A stretch of DNA of 64,000 nucleotides from an uncultured Rikenellaceae bacterium (GTDB lineage: Bacteria; Bacteroidota; Bacteroidia; Bacteroidales; Rikenellaceae). Location of the stretch: the NCBI GenBank assembly GCA_964370235.1, contig CAYJIL010000001.1, positions 4,704 to 68,703 on the forward strand, written 5' to 3'. Every line of letters starts with the position of its first letter. The first letter of the stretch is position 1. Positions 36,545-46,698 of this stretch are shown piece by piece. The notes beneath the pieces are model-generated. The model was not told the origin of the DNA. It searched no databases and saw only the letters and a program-made list of their open reading frames with translations. Position numbers and translations under genes: made by a program.

Positions 36545-37391
36545 ATTAATAGTACTAATAGTAGCGATGGTGTTATCAACCACACTGTCGGCACAACACT
36601 ACTTTGGAGTAAAGGGTGGCTTTGGTGGAGGATCAATCAACATAAAGCCAACACCCGAGAAAGAGACCGTTTGGGGCTTACCAACCTATGGTATTTCGTA
36701 CCGATATATTGGTGGAGATTTGTATTTTGGAGGTATCGAAATAAACCTACAATACACACAAAGAGGTTATCGAACGCTCGACATAACAGAGATAGAAGGG
36801 GGCGGAGAAAACATAGACTCATATACACGCAGAGTGAACACCGTTGAGATACCGTTTATGTGGCATCCATATTTTCATATGTTCAACGAAAAGGCAACTG
36901 TGTTTTTTAATGCAGGCCCATACTTGGGATATAATGTTAGCTCAACCTACGAACATGCTAACAACGTAGATGGAGTTACGAGCACAGGCACCTATGAATG
37001 GGACCCACACAAGGACAATAGATATGAGTATGGCTTGATGGGGGGCGTTGGTCTAGGAATAGACATCACTAGCTATATAGATGTGCAGGCAGAGTTTAGA
37101 TATACGTTCTCATTTACCGACATATACAAAACTCCCAACAAATACCCCGGTAACCCTTCGCAGTCGCCACTAACGCTAATGAATTTTACGTTTGGCGTAA
37201 ACTACAAATTTGCAGGTGTTGGTTCGCTACGATCTAAGCGCAAAGAGCGAGAGGCAATCAAGCAAATGGATAAACAAATAGAACAGATAAAAGCGGCTAG
37301 CCAAGCCCAACAAAACAATAACACAGTGGTAGAACCTCAGCAGCAGGAGCAAGCTACTACTACACAAAGTGAAACAGATAGAAATAAATAG
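36537..37391 (+). CDS. Outer-membrane beta-barrel (porin-family/PorT-like) protein with a Gln/Lys-rich tail
   Basis: 284-aa ORF with a signal peptide and alternating aromatic/Gly strands ending in FTFGVNYKF. A 55-aa low-complexity tail follows. The start overlaps the upstream stop by 8 nt. Confidence 0.65.
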   Translation: MNRLIVLIVAMVLSTTLSAQHYFGVKGGFGGGSINIKPTPEKETVWGLPTYGISYRYIGGDLYFGGIEINLQYTQRGYRTLDITEIEGGGENIDSYTRRVNTVEIPFMWHPYFHMFNEKATVFFNAGPYLGYNVSSTYEHANNVDGVTSTGTYEWDPHKDNRYEYGLMGGVGLGIDITSYIDVQAEFRYTFSFTDIYKTPNKYPGNPSQSPLTLMNFTFGVNYKFAGVGSLRSKRKEREAIKQMDKQIEQIKAASQAQQNNNTVVEPQQQEQATTTQSETDRNK

Positions 37392-37395
37392 AATT

Positions 37396-37779
37396 ATGGA
37401 GACAACAGTAACAACTAGACAGCTAAAAATATCTCGTCAAATTCAGCGTGATATTAGCGATATATTCATTAAAGAGGGTGCAGACCTAATTCGTGGTACA
37501 ATGGTATCGGTAACGGTGGTGAGAATGAGCCCCGATCTTTCGCTAGCAAAGGTATATCTTTCGATATTCCCTTTTGAGCGCAGTGCACAAATGATGGAGG
37601 CGATTCGTGCAAATGCACATCAGCTACGCTTTGCTCTTGCAAAGAGAATGAAGAACCAAATTAAGAGCATACCCGAGGTTGCGTTCTTTTTGGATGACTC
37701 ACAAGACTATGCAGCTAAGATTGACACTATCTTTAAGGAGAGAGTTGATATTAAACCCCTAGAAGAGGACGAGGAGTAA
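37396..37779 (+). CDS. rbfA: Ribosome-binding factor A
   Basis: The start is trimmed to METTVTTRQLKISRQIQRDISDIF, a canonical RbfA N-terminus. The KH-like body has VRMSPDLSLAKVYLS. Confidence 0.85.
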   Translation: METTVTTRQLKISRQIQRDISDIFIKEGADLIRGTMVSVTVVRMSPDLSLAKVYLSIFPFERSAQMMEAIRANAHQLRFALAKRMKNQIKSIPEVAFFLDDSQDYAAKIDTIFKERVDIKPLEEDEE

Positions 37780-37799
37780 TTCTCTACAAATAGCAAACG

Positions 37800-39008
37800 A
37801 TGAGAGATAGCTGGATACAGAGAAAATTTGCATTAGCATACCTTAGAGCGCCCAAGTCACACTCGATCATAAACCTAATATCGATTGTGAGTGTTATAGC
37901 TGTGGCTATTCCTACGGCTGCTATGGTTGTATTGCTCTCGGTGTACAATGGTCTTGACGATTTGCTAAAGTCGATGTATCAAGGCTTTGACCCCCAGATT
38001 AGAATCACTTCGGCAGAGGGTAAATATTTTGACCCCCAAGATGTGATGACAAAGCTATCGACACTAGAGGGTGTAGAGGCCGTGAGCCACTACATCGAAG
38101 ATAATATATTGGCAAGCTATCGAGATAGGCAATATATTGCCACAGTGCGTGGGGTTGACACACTATACCCCGCCATTGTACCTATCGAAGATATGGTAAT
38201 ATCGGGCACATACAAAACCAAGATAGGCACCATGGAGGCTGCCGTTGTGGGTGCAGGTGTAGCATATCAGCTTGGAGTAAATGCTGTTCTTAGGAACTCT
38301 ATTAAGCTAATTGCTCCATCGAGCGAGAGCGAAACGTTTATTCCCGGCTCGCAATTCCGCAGCAGAAATGTTATGCCCGAGTCTGTATTTGCTATTGATG
38401 CACAAACCGATGGCAAGTACATAATTACCTCGATAGAGCTAGCTCGTGAGCTGTTTGGCAAAGATGGCGAAGTTTCGGCAACGGGGCTTTTGCTTGCTCA
38501 AGGGACAGACGAGAGCGATTTTCAAGAGCAGCTAATTGCTACACTTGGCAAAGAGTACATCGTAAAAAACCGATATGAGCAAAAAGAGACACTATACACT
38601 ATCATGCGCTACGAAAAGCTAGCTATATATATGATAGTGATGTTGGTGTTGCTTATTGCTTCGTTCTCGCTTGTGGGCTCGTTGATTATGCTCATCGAGG
38701 ACAAAAGAGGCGATATTAAAATGTTATATAGCGTTGGTGCAAACCGAAGCTTTGTTTGTGGAGTATTTACCCTAGAGGGTTTTTATATAGTTGCCACTGG
38801 AATTGTGGTTGGTATGGTGATTGGGGTATCGCTAGTTGTAGCACAAAATGCATTTGGCATTGTGGGTATAGGTGGCGAAACTATGGTAATAGATCACTAC
38901 CCTGTAAGGCTTAGTCTCACCGACCTTGTGGTTACGGGGCTTAGTGTTGCGGGTGTGGGTTATCTTATCTCGCTACTCACTTCGAGAGCGATGGTCAAGA
39001 GAGTCTAA
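37800..39008 (+). CDS. FtsX-like ABC transporter permease (LolC/E-like)
   Basis: 402-aa ORF with an N-terminal TM, a large periplasmic loop and three C-terminal TM helices. This is FtsX/MacB topology. Confidence 0.8.
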   Translation: MRDSWIQRKFALAYLRAPKSHSIINLISIVSVIAVAIPTAAMVVLLSVYNGLDDLLKSMYQGFDPQIRITSAEGKYFDPQDVMTKLSTLEGVEAVSHYIEDNILASYRDRQYIATVRGVDTLYPAIVPIEDMVISGTYKTKIGTMEAAVVGAGVAYQLGVNAVLRNSIKLIAPSSESETFIPGSQFRSRNVMPESVFAIDAQTDGKYIITSIELARELFGKDGEVSATGLLLAQGTDESDFQEQLIATLGKEYIVKNRYEQKETLYTIMRYEKLAIYMIVMLVLLIASFSLVGSLIMLIEDKRGDIKMLYSVGANRSFVCGVFTLEGFYIVATGIVVGMVIGVSLVVAQNAFGIVGIGGETMVIDHYPVRLSLTDLVVTGLSVAGVGYLISLLTSRAMVKRV

Positions 39009-39022
39009 AATTTAGATGAAAT

Positions 39023-39976
39023 ATGATTAAGAGAGTATTTGCAACAATATTGGTAATATTAGCATTTTGTAGGTGCAGCAGCCAGAGCGAGAAACTAATT
39101 AACGAAGATGACCTAAAGGGCATCATTAGCGAAGTGCTCATGGCTGAGGTCTATGTTATTAACAACGAAGACCTAAACACAAACGACTCGCTAGACTATT
39201 ATAGCCCAGTACTCGAGAAGTATGGTTATAATGTCAAAGATTTGGAGTATACACTAGGGCGATATGCTCTGCGCAAAAGTAGTGTACTAGGGCCAATTCT
39301 CGACAAAATTTCTATTGAGTTCGATAGCCTAAAAAGACTATATGACTACCGTGGCGAACTACTTGCGACACTATCTAAGCTATCGAAAGAGAATGCCAAA
39401 AAGGTGGTTTATTTTCAGGATAGCCTTATTTTAAAGAACAAGAAAGATAGCATACTTTTGTATGAGTTTGAAGTTCCAACATACTGGAGCGGAGAATACG
39501 AAATAACCTATAACTACACAATAGACTCAACCTCGTCAACTGGGGCATACTCGCTTTCGTACTACTCGATTGACACAGTGTCGGGGCTAGCCTCTAGCAC
39601 AGGTAGATATTGGATGCTAAGAGCAGTGGACGATCGCCAACTCAAATCATCGATGGTGGTAGATAGCCGCAACAGAGATGTTATTCGATATACACTACCA
39701 CGTGGCAAGGCTGGCAAAGGTAAACTAAACATGCGCATCGACTCGCTTATGGTTACATTTACCCCTATTGACGACTACATCGAAAAGGACTACCTAGATA
39801 GTTTGATTCGCAGAGTTAATTTTAGTGGTTTTAATCGCCAGTTAAACGAAACGTTTAGCACGCCAACTATGCCAACAGCAGATAGTGCTGTATATGAGTG
39901 GGTAAAGCATGTAGATTCGCTAACAAATAAGATTATAAAGAGGGGTGTAGATATTCCGCTTGAGGTAAAAAAATAG
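39023..39976 (+). CDS. Hypothetical lipoprotein (N-terminal DUF4296-like region)
   Basis: 317-aa ORF with a lipobox-like LAFCRC. The N-terminal block LINEDDLKGIISEVLMAEVYV resembles DUF4296. The rest is unrecognised. Confidence 0.5.
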   Translation: MIKRVFATILVILAFCRCSSQSEKLINEDDLKGIISEVLMAEVYVINNEDLNTNDSLDYYSPVLEKYGYNVKDLEYTLGRYALRKSSVLGPILDKISIEFDSLKRLYDYRGELLATLSKLSKENAKKVVYFQDSLILKNKKDSILLYEFEVPTYWSGEYEITYNYTIDSTSSTGAYSLSYYSIDTVSGLASSTGRYWMLRAVDDRQLKSSMVVDSRNRDVIRYTLPRGKAGKGKLNMRIDSLMVTFTPIDDYIEKDYLDSLIRRVNFSGFNRQLNETFSTPTMPTADSAVYEWVKHVDSLTNKIIKRGVDIPLEVKK

Positions 39977-39983
39977 ATATTAT

Positions 39984-41108
39984 ATGAGAAAGATAGCAGC
40001 ACCACTAGCATTTATTGGTGGAGAGATTATAAAAAATGTGATTGTAGAGCTTGATGGCGAGGGCAAAATTATATCAATCGAAAAAGAGGTATCAAACATT
40101 GATAGCCACAGCAACACCGAGTACCATAATGGTATGTTGGTAGCTGGTTTTGTAAACTGTCACTGTCACCTAGAATACTCTTATGTAAAAGGTATGATTC
40201 CACCGGGTGGTGGTTTGCCCGAGTTTATTCGCTCGATAATTGAGATTAAGATTGCAGCCAAGACACCAGAGAGCACTATGATTAGCGAGGCTCAAAAGTG
40301 GGACAAAGTAATGGCTAGCGAGGGTGTTGTTGCAGTGGGCGATCACAACAACAACGACTATGTATATGGCGTTAAGGAGCAGAGCCAAATATGTTATAAG
40401 ACTTTTGTCGAGATGTATGATTTCGATGGCAAGAGTAGCGACGAAACATTTGCAATTGGCATGGAGCGTGTAGCCGAGCACAAACGCCGTGGGCTAGATG
40501 CGTCTATTGTTCCGCACGCTAACTACACAATGGAGCAACGTTTGATTGGCTTGACGGGTGGCGAAAAAGTGTCGGACAAAGGCATAAAGGCAGACGGTAT
40601 CTTGTCTATTCACTTTAAAGAGTCGGTTGCTATGGCTGGCGAAAATGAGCTTAGCGAGGTAGTGCCAAACCTATCGGCAGAGCGTGATAGCATACTGCTT
40701 GTGCACTCGATATATGCATCGAGAGACGATATAAAGACTGCAAAGGCAAAGCTAGGCGAGCGCATGTGTGTGGTTGTGTGCCCAATGTCTAACCTATATA
40801 TCGAGAATAACATAGCCGATATTGATATGATGCTAGAAGAGGGGGTAAACATAACCATTGGTACCGATAGCCTATCGTCAAACACAACTCTTTCGATGTT
40901 AGAGGAGGTTAAAACACTTGTAGCACGTGGTTACTCGCTAGAGCAAACGCTTGGTTGGGCAACACAAAACGGAGCAAATGCGCTTTGTATTGCAGACTGG
41001 GCAGGTGACCTAAAAGAGGGTTTGCGCCCGGGGGTTGTGCTAATTGATGGTATTGACTTTGCTAGCAAATCATTAACAGAGGCTAGCCGTGCTAAAAGGC
41101 TAGCATAA
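39984..41108 (+). CDS. Metal-dependent amidohydrolase (deaminase/chlorohydrolase-like)
   Basis: 374-aa ORF with the HxH motif (VNCHCHLEYS), later His residues (VPHANY; LVHSIY) and an Asp block (TIGTDSLSSN). Confidence 0.7.
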   Translation: MRKIAAPLAFIGGEIIKNVIVELDGEGKIISIEKEVSNIDSHSNTEYHNGMLVAGFVNCHCHLEYSYVKGMIPPGGGLPEFIRSIIEIKIAAKTPESTMISEAQKWDKVMASEGVVAVGDHNNNDYVYGVKEQSQICYKTFVEMYDFDGKSSDETFAIGMERVAEHKRRGLDASIVPHANYTMEQRLIGLTGGEKVSDKGIKADGILSIHFKESVAMAGENELSEVVPNLSAERDSILLVHSIYASRDDIKTAKAKLGERMCVVVCPMSNLYIENNIADIDMMLEEGVNITIGTDSLSSNTTLSMLEEVKTLVARGYSLEQTLGWATQNGANALCIADWAGDLKEGLRPGVVLIDGIDFASKSLTEASRAKRLA

Positions 41109-41119
41109 AGGCAAAACAA

Positions 41120-41887
41120 ATGGAAACAAAGCTATTTGATGAGATAATATTTGGGCCTATCAAAAGCCGCAGGCTTGGTGTGTCGCTGGGGGTGAATTTG
41201 CTACCAGTAGATGGCAAGCTATGTAACTTTAACTGCTGCTACTGTGAGTGTGGTTGGACACTATCACAAAAAGGATTGCGCTACAACGATGCCGATGCAG
41301 TAATTACAGCACTAGAGGCTAGGCTTTTGGAGGGGGAGCACATAGACGTTATTACCTTTGCGGGCAATGGCGAGCCTACGATGCACCCACGTTTCGAGGA
41401 GATTATAGACCGTACACTTACGCTCAGAGATAGACTATCGCCACACACCAAGGTGGCTGTGCTGTCTAACGCATCGATGCTAGGCAAAGATGGCGTGAGA
41501 GCTGCACTAGAGCGTGTAGATAGGGCTATGTTAAAAATTGACTCGGCAATCGACCACACAATAGAACTTATCAACGAACCAAAATATAACTATTCGCTAC
41601 AAAAGGTGATTAGCGATATGAAACGCTTTACAGGTGAGCTAATCATTCAAACCATGCTACTACGTGGCGAGGTTAATGGCGAAAAGTTCGATAACACTAG
41701 CGAGCAAGAGTTAAAGGCATACCTAGATGTGGTTGCCGAGCTCAAGCCATCGCTAGTAATGCTATATACTATTGACCGCCCAACACCATCAAATTCGCTA
41801 GTGCAACTCACAAATGCAGAGCTTGATGTGGTTGCAGATAAAGTGCGAGAACTGGGCATCGAGTGCCAAGTATCCTATTTAAGATAG
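41120..41887 (+). CDS. Radical SAM protein of unknown function
   Basis: 255-aa ORF with [16 protein letters not shown] followed by [11 protein letters not shown] (CxxxCxxC) and GNGEPT. Confidence 0.75.
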   Translation: METKLFDEIIFGPIKSRRLGVSLGVNLLPVDGKLCNFNCCYCECGWTLSQKGLRYNDADAVITALEARLLEGEHIDVITFAGNGEPTMHPRFEEIIDRTLTLRDRLSPHTKVAVLSNASMLGKDGVRAALERVDRAMLKIDSAIDHTIELINEPKYNYSLQKVISDMKRFTGELIIQTMLLRGEVNGEKFDNTSEQELKAYLDVVAELKPSLVMLYTIDRPTPSNSLVQLTNAELDVVADKVRELGIECQVSYLR

Positions 41888-41894
41888 AGACAAA

Positions 41895-42965
41895 ATGACA
41901 CAAGAGCAAGAAAAAGAGCTAAAAGATAGGCTTGAGGAGCTAAAGAGATACCTTGCGCTAGAGGATAAAAAAGCACAAGTTGCCGAGCTAGAACTCAAGA
42001 GCCAAGGTGCCGAGTTTTGGAACGATGCATCGAGTGCCGAAGAGACACTCAAAGAGATAGCCGCCCTAAAGTGGTGGCTTTTGGCTGTTGACGAGCTAGA
42101 GAATAGCTTTGGCGAACTAGTAGTTATGAAGGAGTTTATAGCCGAAGGTTTGAGCGAACCTTCAGAACTAGAGAGTGGCTATAACTTGCTACTAGAGAAC
42201 ATAGAGCAGGTAGAGGTGCGCATGTCGCTATCGAGCCCCGAAGATGGCATGAGTGCCATTTTGGAGATTAACTCGGGAGCAGGCGGAACCGAAAGCCTAG
42301 ACTGGAGCAATATGCTACTACGTATGTACACACGCTATGCCGAGCGTAGCGGCTATAAGTGTCGCATACTCGATATACAAGAGGATGGCATAGGAGTTAA
42401 GAGCGCCATGATAGAGATTGAGGGTGCATTTGCCTATGGCTATCTAAAGGGAGAGAGCGGAGTTCACAGGCTAGTGAGGCTCTCGCCATATGATTCGAGC
42501 AATCGCCGACACACAACATTTGCATCGGTGTTTGTGAGCCCATCGATTGATGACAATATCGAGATTGAGATTTCGCCTGCCGATATTCGCTGGGACACCT
42601 ATCGTAGCGGTGGTGCAGGGGGACAAAATGTCAACAAAGTAGAGACTGGTGTTAGGCTTTACCACATTCCAACGGGGATTGTGGTCGAGAATACCGAAAC
42701 TCGCTCGCAGCTCATGAACAAAGAGAATGCAATGAGGATTCTGCGTAGTAAACTCTATCAGGCCGAACTAGAAAAAAAGATGGCTCTACAACGAGAGCTA
42801 GAGGGTAACAAAAAGAAAATTGAATGGGGCAGCCAGATTCGTAGTTACACGCTACACCCATACAAGCTGGTGAAAGATCATCGCACACTCACCGAGAGCA
42901 CATCGCCCGAGAGCGTACTGGATGGCGATATTGTACCATTCATTAAGAGTTGGTTAATGTCATAA
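41895..42965 (+). CDS. prfB: Peptide chain release factor 2 (single uninterrupted ORF, no programmed frameshift)
   Basis: 356-aa ORF with the GGQ motif ([16 protein letters not shown]) and RF2 blocks ([24 protein letters not shown]; WGSQIRSY). Confidence 0.95.
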   Translation: MTQEQEKELKDRLEELKRYLALEDKKAQVAELELKSQGAEFWNDASSAEETLKEIAALKWWLLAVDELENSFGELVVMKEFIAEGLSEPSELESGYNLLLENIEQVEVRMSLSSPEDGMSAILEINSGAGGTESLDWSNMLLRMYTRYAERSGYKCRILDIQEDGIGVKSAMIEIEGAFAYGYLKGESGVHRLVRLSPYDSSNRRHTTFASVFVSPSIDDNIEIEISPADIRWDTYRSGGAGGQNVNKVETGVRLYHIPTGIVVENTETRSQLMNKENAMRILRSKLYQAELEKKMALQRELEGNKKKIEWGSQIRSYTLHPYKLVKDHRTLTESTSPESVLDGDIVPFIKSWLMS

Positions 42966-42981
42966 CCTAAATACTATAAAA

Positions 42982-43470
42982 ATGAAAAAATTACTATTAC
43001 TATCGCTTTTTGCGCTAACTGCTATGTTTGCGCAGGCACAAGACGGAAAAGAGATTTGGGCAAAATCTTATTTGGGCAAACAAGCTCCAGAGCTAAAGGT
43101 AGAAAAATGGCTAACTGATAAACCAGAGCTAGACGGCAAGTATATCTTGTTAGAGTTTTGGGCAACATGGTGCGGGCCTTGTCGCAAAGCAATTCCTAAG
43201 CTAAACGCTTTGCAGGCACAGTACAAAGATAAGCTAGTTATTATTGGCCTATCAGACGAAGAGGAGGAGAAAGTGCGCCAAATGGTATCGCCAAAAATGG
43301 AGTACACAAGCGCAATTGATACTCGTGCAATACTAAAGAGAGCATACGAGGTTAAAGGTGTACCACACGCTGTATTGATTAACCCAGAGGGTGTTGTTGT
43401 ATGGGAGGGCTTCCCACAACTACCGGGCTATGAGCTAACACCTGAGGTTATGGGTAAACTATTGAAGTAA
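42982..43470 (+). CDS. TlpA-family thiol:disulfide oxidoreductase (exported thioredoxin fold)
   Basis: 162-aa ORF with a signal peptide and the WATWCGPC active site. Confidence 0.8.
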   Translation: MKKLLLLSLFALTAMFAQAQDGKEIWAKSYLGKQAPELKVEKWLTDKPELDGKYILLEFWATWCGPCRKAIPKLNALQAQYKDKLVIIGLSDEEEEKVRQMVSPKMEYTSAIDTRAILKRAYEVKGVPHAVLINPEGVVVWEGFPQLPGYELTPEVMGKLLK

Positions 43471-43477
43471 AGTTATA

Positions 43478-44494
43478 ATGTCAGAGATAAAATATTACCA
43501 TCACGCCCGATTCTCTACCGAGAGCGGTGCGGTGTTACCTTCGCTAAAGATTGCATACCAAACTTGGGGCACTCCATCGGCTAAGGGCGATAACATTATA
43601 TGGGTGTGCCATGCTTTGACTGCTAACTCCGATGTGGCTGATTGGTGGCCGGGTTCGGTGGTAGAGGGTAAGTTTTTGGACCCTACAAAATATTTTATCA
43701 TCTGTGCCAATGTTCTTGGCTCGCACTATGGTACTACGGGGCCTCTTTCGGTTAACGAGTCTACGGGCGAGCCATATTACAATGCCTTTCCTATGGTAAC
43801 GGTGCGTGATGTAGTAGCAGCACACAAGCTACTAGCTGCACACTTGGCAGTAGAGAAAGTGCATGCGCTCATTGGTGGATCGATTGGTGGATTTCAGGCA
43901 CTAGAGTGGGCAATTAGCTCGCCTAATTTTGCCAAACATCTAATTTTGCTTGCTACGGCTGCAAAGGCAAGCCCTTGGGCAGTAGCGATTAACGAATCGC
44001 AGCGCATGGCAATAGAGGCCGATTCGAGTTTTGGCGAACGTAGAGACGATGCAGGGCAAAAGGGTATGAAAGCAGCACGCTCGATTGCGCTTTTGAGCTA
44101 TCGCACATCGAGAGCATATAACAAAACACAGGCAGAGAGCAAGCAGGAGGTTAAGGTTGGCGACTTTAGGGCAGCTAGCTATCAACAATACCAAGGCGAA
44201 AAGCTAGTGAGCCGATTTAATGTATATTCGTATTATAGGCTACTGCAAATGCAAGATTCACACAATGTTGCACGTGCAAGGGGCTCGGTTGAGGCGGCAC
44301 TAGGCAAAGTGAAATCAAAAACACTTATTGTAGCCATCACTACCGATATACTATACACGATAGACGATCATTTAACCCTATATCGAGGCATTAAAAATTC
44401 ATCGCTAGAGATGATAGCTGCCGATGCAGGGCACGATTCGTTTTTGATTGAGGTTGATGCTATTAGCAAAATGATAACCGATTTTATAGAGTAA
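43478..44494 (+). CDS. metX: Homoserine O-acetyltransferase
   Basis: 338-aa alpha/beta hydrolase with the MetX-type N-terminus (AYQTWGT...NIIWVCHALTANSDV) and the nucleophile elbow GGSIGG. Confidence 0.85.
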   Translation: MSEIKYYHHARFSTESGAVLPSLKIAYQTWGTPSAKGDNIIWVCHALTANSDVADWWPGSVVEGKFLDPTKYFIICANVLGSHYGTTGPLSVNESTGEPYYNAFPMVTVRDVVAAHKLLAAHLAVEKVHALIGGSIGGFQALEWAISSPNFAKHLILLATAAKASPWAVAINESQRMAIEADSSFGERRDDAGQKGMKAARSIALLSYRTSRAYNKTQAESKQEVKVGDFRAASYQQYQGEKLVSRFNVYSYYRLLQMQDSHNVARARGSVEAALGKVKSKTLIVAITTDILYTIDDHLTLYRGIKNSSLEMIAADAGHDSFLIEVDAISKMITDFIE

Positions 44495-44498
44495 AAAT

Positions 44499-44696
44499 AT
44501 GTTAGTATATATAAACGACAAGGCACAAGAGTTTGAGGGTACAACGCTCGAAGAACTTTTGGTAGCAGCCGCAGTTGACAGAATGGGCGTAGCAGTAGCA
44601 GTAGATATGGAAATTATCCCAACTACTGAGTATGAGTCATTCAAGCTAACACAAGGGGCACAAATAACAATTATTAGAGCAACTAAAGGTGGATAG
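44499..44696 (+). CDS. thiS: Sulfur carrier protein ThiS
   Basis: 65-aa ubiquitin-like ORF ending in the diagnostic C-terminal GG (IIRATKGG). It heads a thi gene run. Confidence 0.85.
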   Translation: MLVYINDKAQEFEGTTLEELLVAAAVDRMGVAVAVDMEIIPTTEYESFKLTQGAQITIIRATKGG

Positions 44697-45279
44697 CAGA
44701 GCTAGGGCATTAGTGGTGATTACTCCCGAAAAGGAGCTTGAGGGCGAAATTGATGCTTTGGCAAAAATTACCCCTATGCTATGGCGTTTGCATATTAGAA
44801 AGCCTAGCTACACACCTGCTATGCTACATGACTACTGCCAAAGGCTAGCACAAAGGGTTGATGTTGAGCGTTTAACCATACACTACAACAGCGAAATAGC
44901 CCATGAGCTAGGGTTAGGCGGAGTGCACCTTAGAGAGACCATAAACAGCCATTTGATGCAGAGCACATCTTGCCATAGCATAGAAGAAGTGTCGGCAGCA
45001 AAGGGTTTTGATTATATGTTCTTGAGCCCAATATTCGATTCAATATCAAAAAAGGGCTATGTTAGTGGTTTTGACACTAACACATTGCAACTCCCACAAG
45101 GGCAAAAGGTTGTGGCTTTGGGTGGAATAACTAGCCAAAACATAGCACAAGTAGCAAAAAGTGGCTTTTACTCGGCCGCACTCATGGGGTATATTTGGGG
45201 TAAAGACACAAAAGTGTGCCCACAAGAGGTTGCAAGACGTTTAAAAAGTGCCACCGATATGTGGCAAAACAGTATATGA
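44689..45279 (+). CDS. Thiamine-phosphate synthase family protein (ThiE/TenI-like paralog)
   Basis: 196-aa ORF with a GTG start overlapping the thiS stop. It is a TIM-barrel ThiE/TenI-like sequence (GGVHL; ALGGIT) and is more divergent than the next gene. Confidence 0.65.
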   Translation: MDSRARALVVITPEKELEGEIDALAKITPMLWRLHIRKPSYTPAMLHDYCQRLAQRVDVERLTIHYNSEIAHELGLGGVHLRETINSHLMQSTSCHSIEEVSAAKGFDYMFLSPIFDSISKKGYVSGFDTNTLQLPQGQKVVALGGITSQNIAQVAKSGFYSAALMGYIWGKDTKVCPQEVARRLKSATDMWQNSI

Positions 45280-45911
45280 GAGAGATTGAGAGACTACAAT
45301 ATATAACACCATCGACTGGCGATATTGCTGCTGGAGTCGAGAAGTTTTTGAGCGGTGGCGGCCGATGGGTTCAGCTTCGCATGAAGGGTGCATCGAGCCA
45401 AACAATGGTGGAAATGGGGCACAAGCTAAGGGAGCTAACAAACGCTGTGGGGGCTGTATTACTGATAAATGACGATATTCATGTTGCAAAAACAGTGGCT
45501 GCCGATGGTGTACATCTTGGCAAAAGCGATGTAGCAACACAAGTTGCACGAGAGCTATTGGGCGATAATGCAATTATTGGCAGAACGGCAAATACAATAG
45601 ACGATGTTAGGCTTCTGTCGAGCGAGCCTATCAACTACATTGGGCTTGGGCCATATCGTTTTACCACCACCAAAGAGATACTTTCGCCCATAATTGGGCT
45701 AGAGGGCTACACCAATATTGCAGCACAAATGGCAGCCGAAGGTATTGCTATGCCGGTAGTTGGAGTAGGTGGTATTGAGGGCGATGATATTGCCCCAATT
45801 ATGGAGACAGGTATATTTGGCGTTGCCGTGAGCGGTGTTATTGCCAAAGCACAAGATATTGCAGCAAACACTAGCGAGCTATTAAATATTATTGAAAGAG
45901 GTAAAAAATAG
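45276..45911 (+). CDS. thiE: Thiamine-phosphate synthase
   Basis: The start is trimmed to [10 protein letters not shown] (ATGA overlap with the upstream stop). ThiE blocks are present (WVQLRMK; [10 protein letters not shown]; DGVHLG; [12 protein letters not shown]; VGVGGI). Confidence 0.82.
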   Translation: MREIERLQYITPSTGDIAAGVEKFLSGGGRWVQLRMKGASSQTMVEMGHKLRELTNAVGAVLLINDDIHVAKTVAADGVHLGKSDVATQVARELLGDNAIIGRTANTIDDVRLLSSEPINYIGLGPYRFTTTKEILSPIIGLEGYTNIAAQMAAEGIAMPVVGVGGIEGDDIAPIMETGIFGVAVSGVIAKAQDIAANTSELLNIIERGKK

Positions 45912-45915
45912 AGAT

Positions 45916-46695
45916 ATGGAAGATATACTAAAGATTGGGAGCGAGAGTTTCTCATCACGCCTATTCACGGGCACAGGTAAATTTAGCTCTTCGCCACTCA
46001 TGGCAGATGCCATTGAGGCAAGTGGCAGTGAACTTGTTACGGTAGCACTAAAAAGAGTCGACATAGACGACGATAACGATAATATTCTTTCGCACATTAG
46101 GGGCGAAAGGGTGCGCCTACTACCCAACACATCGGGTGTGCGCACAGCACGTGAGGCAGTATTTGCAGCCGAGTTAGCACGTGAGGCACTAGGCACAAAT
46201 TTGCTAAAGCTAGAGATTCACCCCGACCCACGCTATCTTATGCCCGACCCAGTAGAAACACTAACAGCGGCTAAGGAGCTAGTAGAAAAAGGATTTATTG
46301 TAATGCCATATATTCATGCCGACCCTGTTCTTTGCAAAAGGCTAGAGGATGTTGGTGTGGCTTGTGTTATGCCACTTGGCTCGCCAATTGGGTCAAACAA
46401 AGGCATTGTTACAACCGAGTTTTTGCGTATAATCATAGAGCAAAGCCGTGTACCTGTGGTGGTTGATGCAGGAATTGGGGCACCCTCACACGCAGCATTG
46501 GCTATGGAGATGGGAGCTTCGGCAGTGCTAGTAAACACTGCTATTGCATCGAGTGCACACCCTGTTGAGATGGCTCGTGCCTTTAAGATGGCTGTTGAGG
46601 CAGGACGCATGGCATACAACGCTCGTTTGGGCGCAGTAGGTAATTATGGCGAGGCAACTAGCCCACTTACCGAGTTTTTGAAGTTAACAAAATAG
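45916..46695 (+). CDS. thiG: Thiazole synthase
   Basis: The start is trimmed to MEDILKIG. ThiG blocks are present ([10 protein letters not shown]; LLPNTSG; [11 protein letters not shown]; VVVDAGIG). Confidence 0.92.
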   Translation: MEDILKIGSESFSSRLFTGTGKFSSSPLMADAIEASGSELVTVALKRVDIDDDNDNILSHIRGERVRLLPNTSGVRTAREAVFAAELAREALGTNLLKLEIHPDPRYLMPDPVETLTAAKELVEKGFIVMPYIHADPVLCKRLEDVGVACVMPLGSPIGSNKGIVTTEFLRIIIEQSRVPVVVDAGIGAPSHAALAMEMGASAVLVNTAIASSAHPVEMARAFKMAVEAGRMAYNARLGAVGNYGEATSPLTEFLKLTK

Positions 46696-46698
46696 AAG

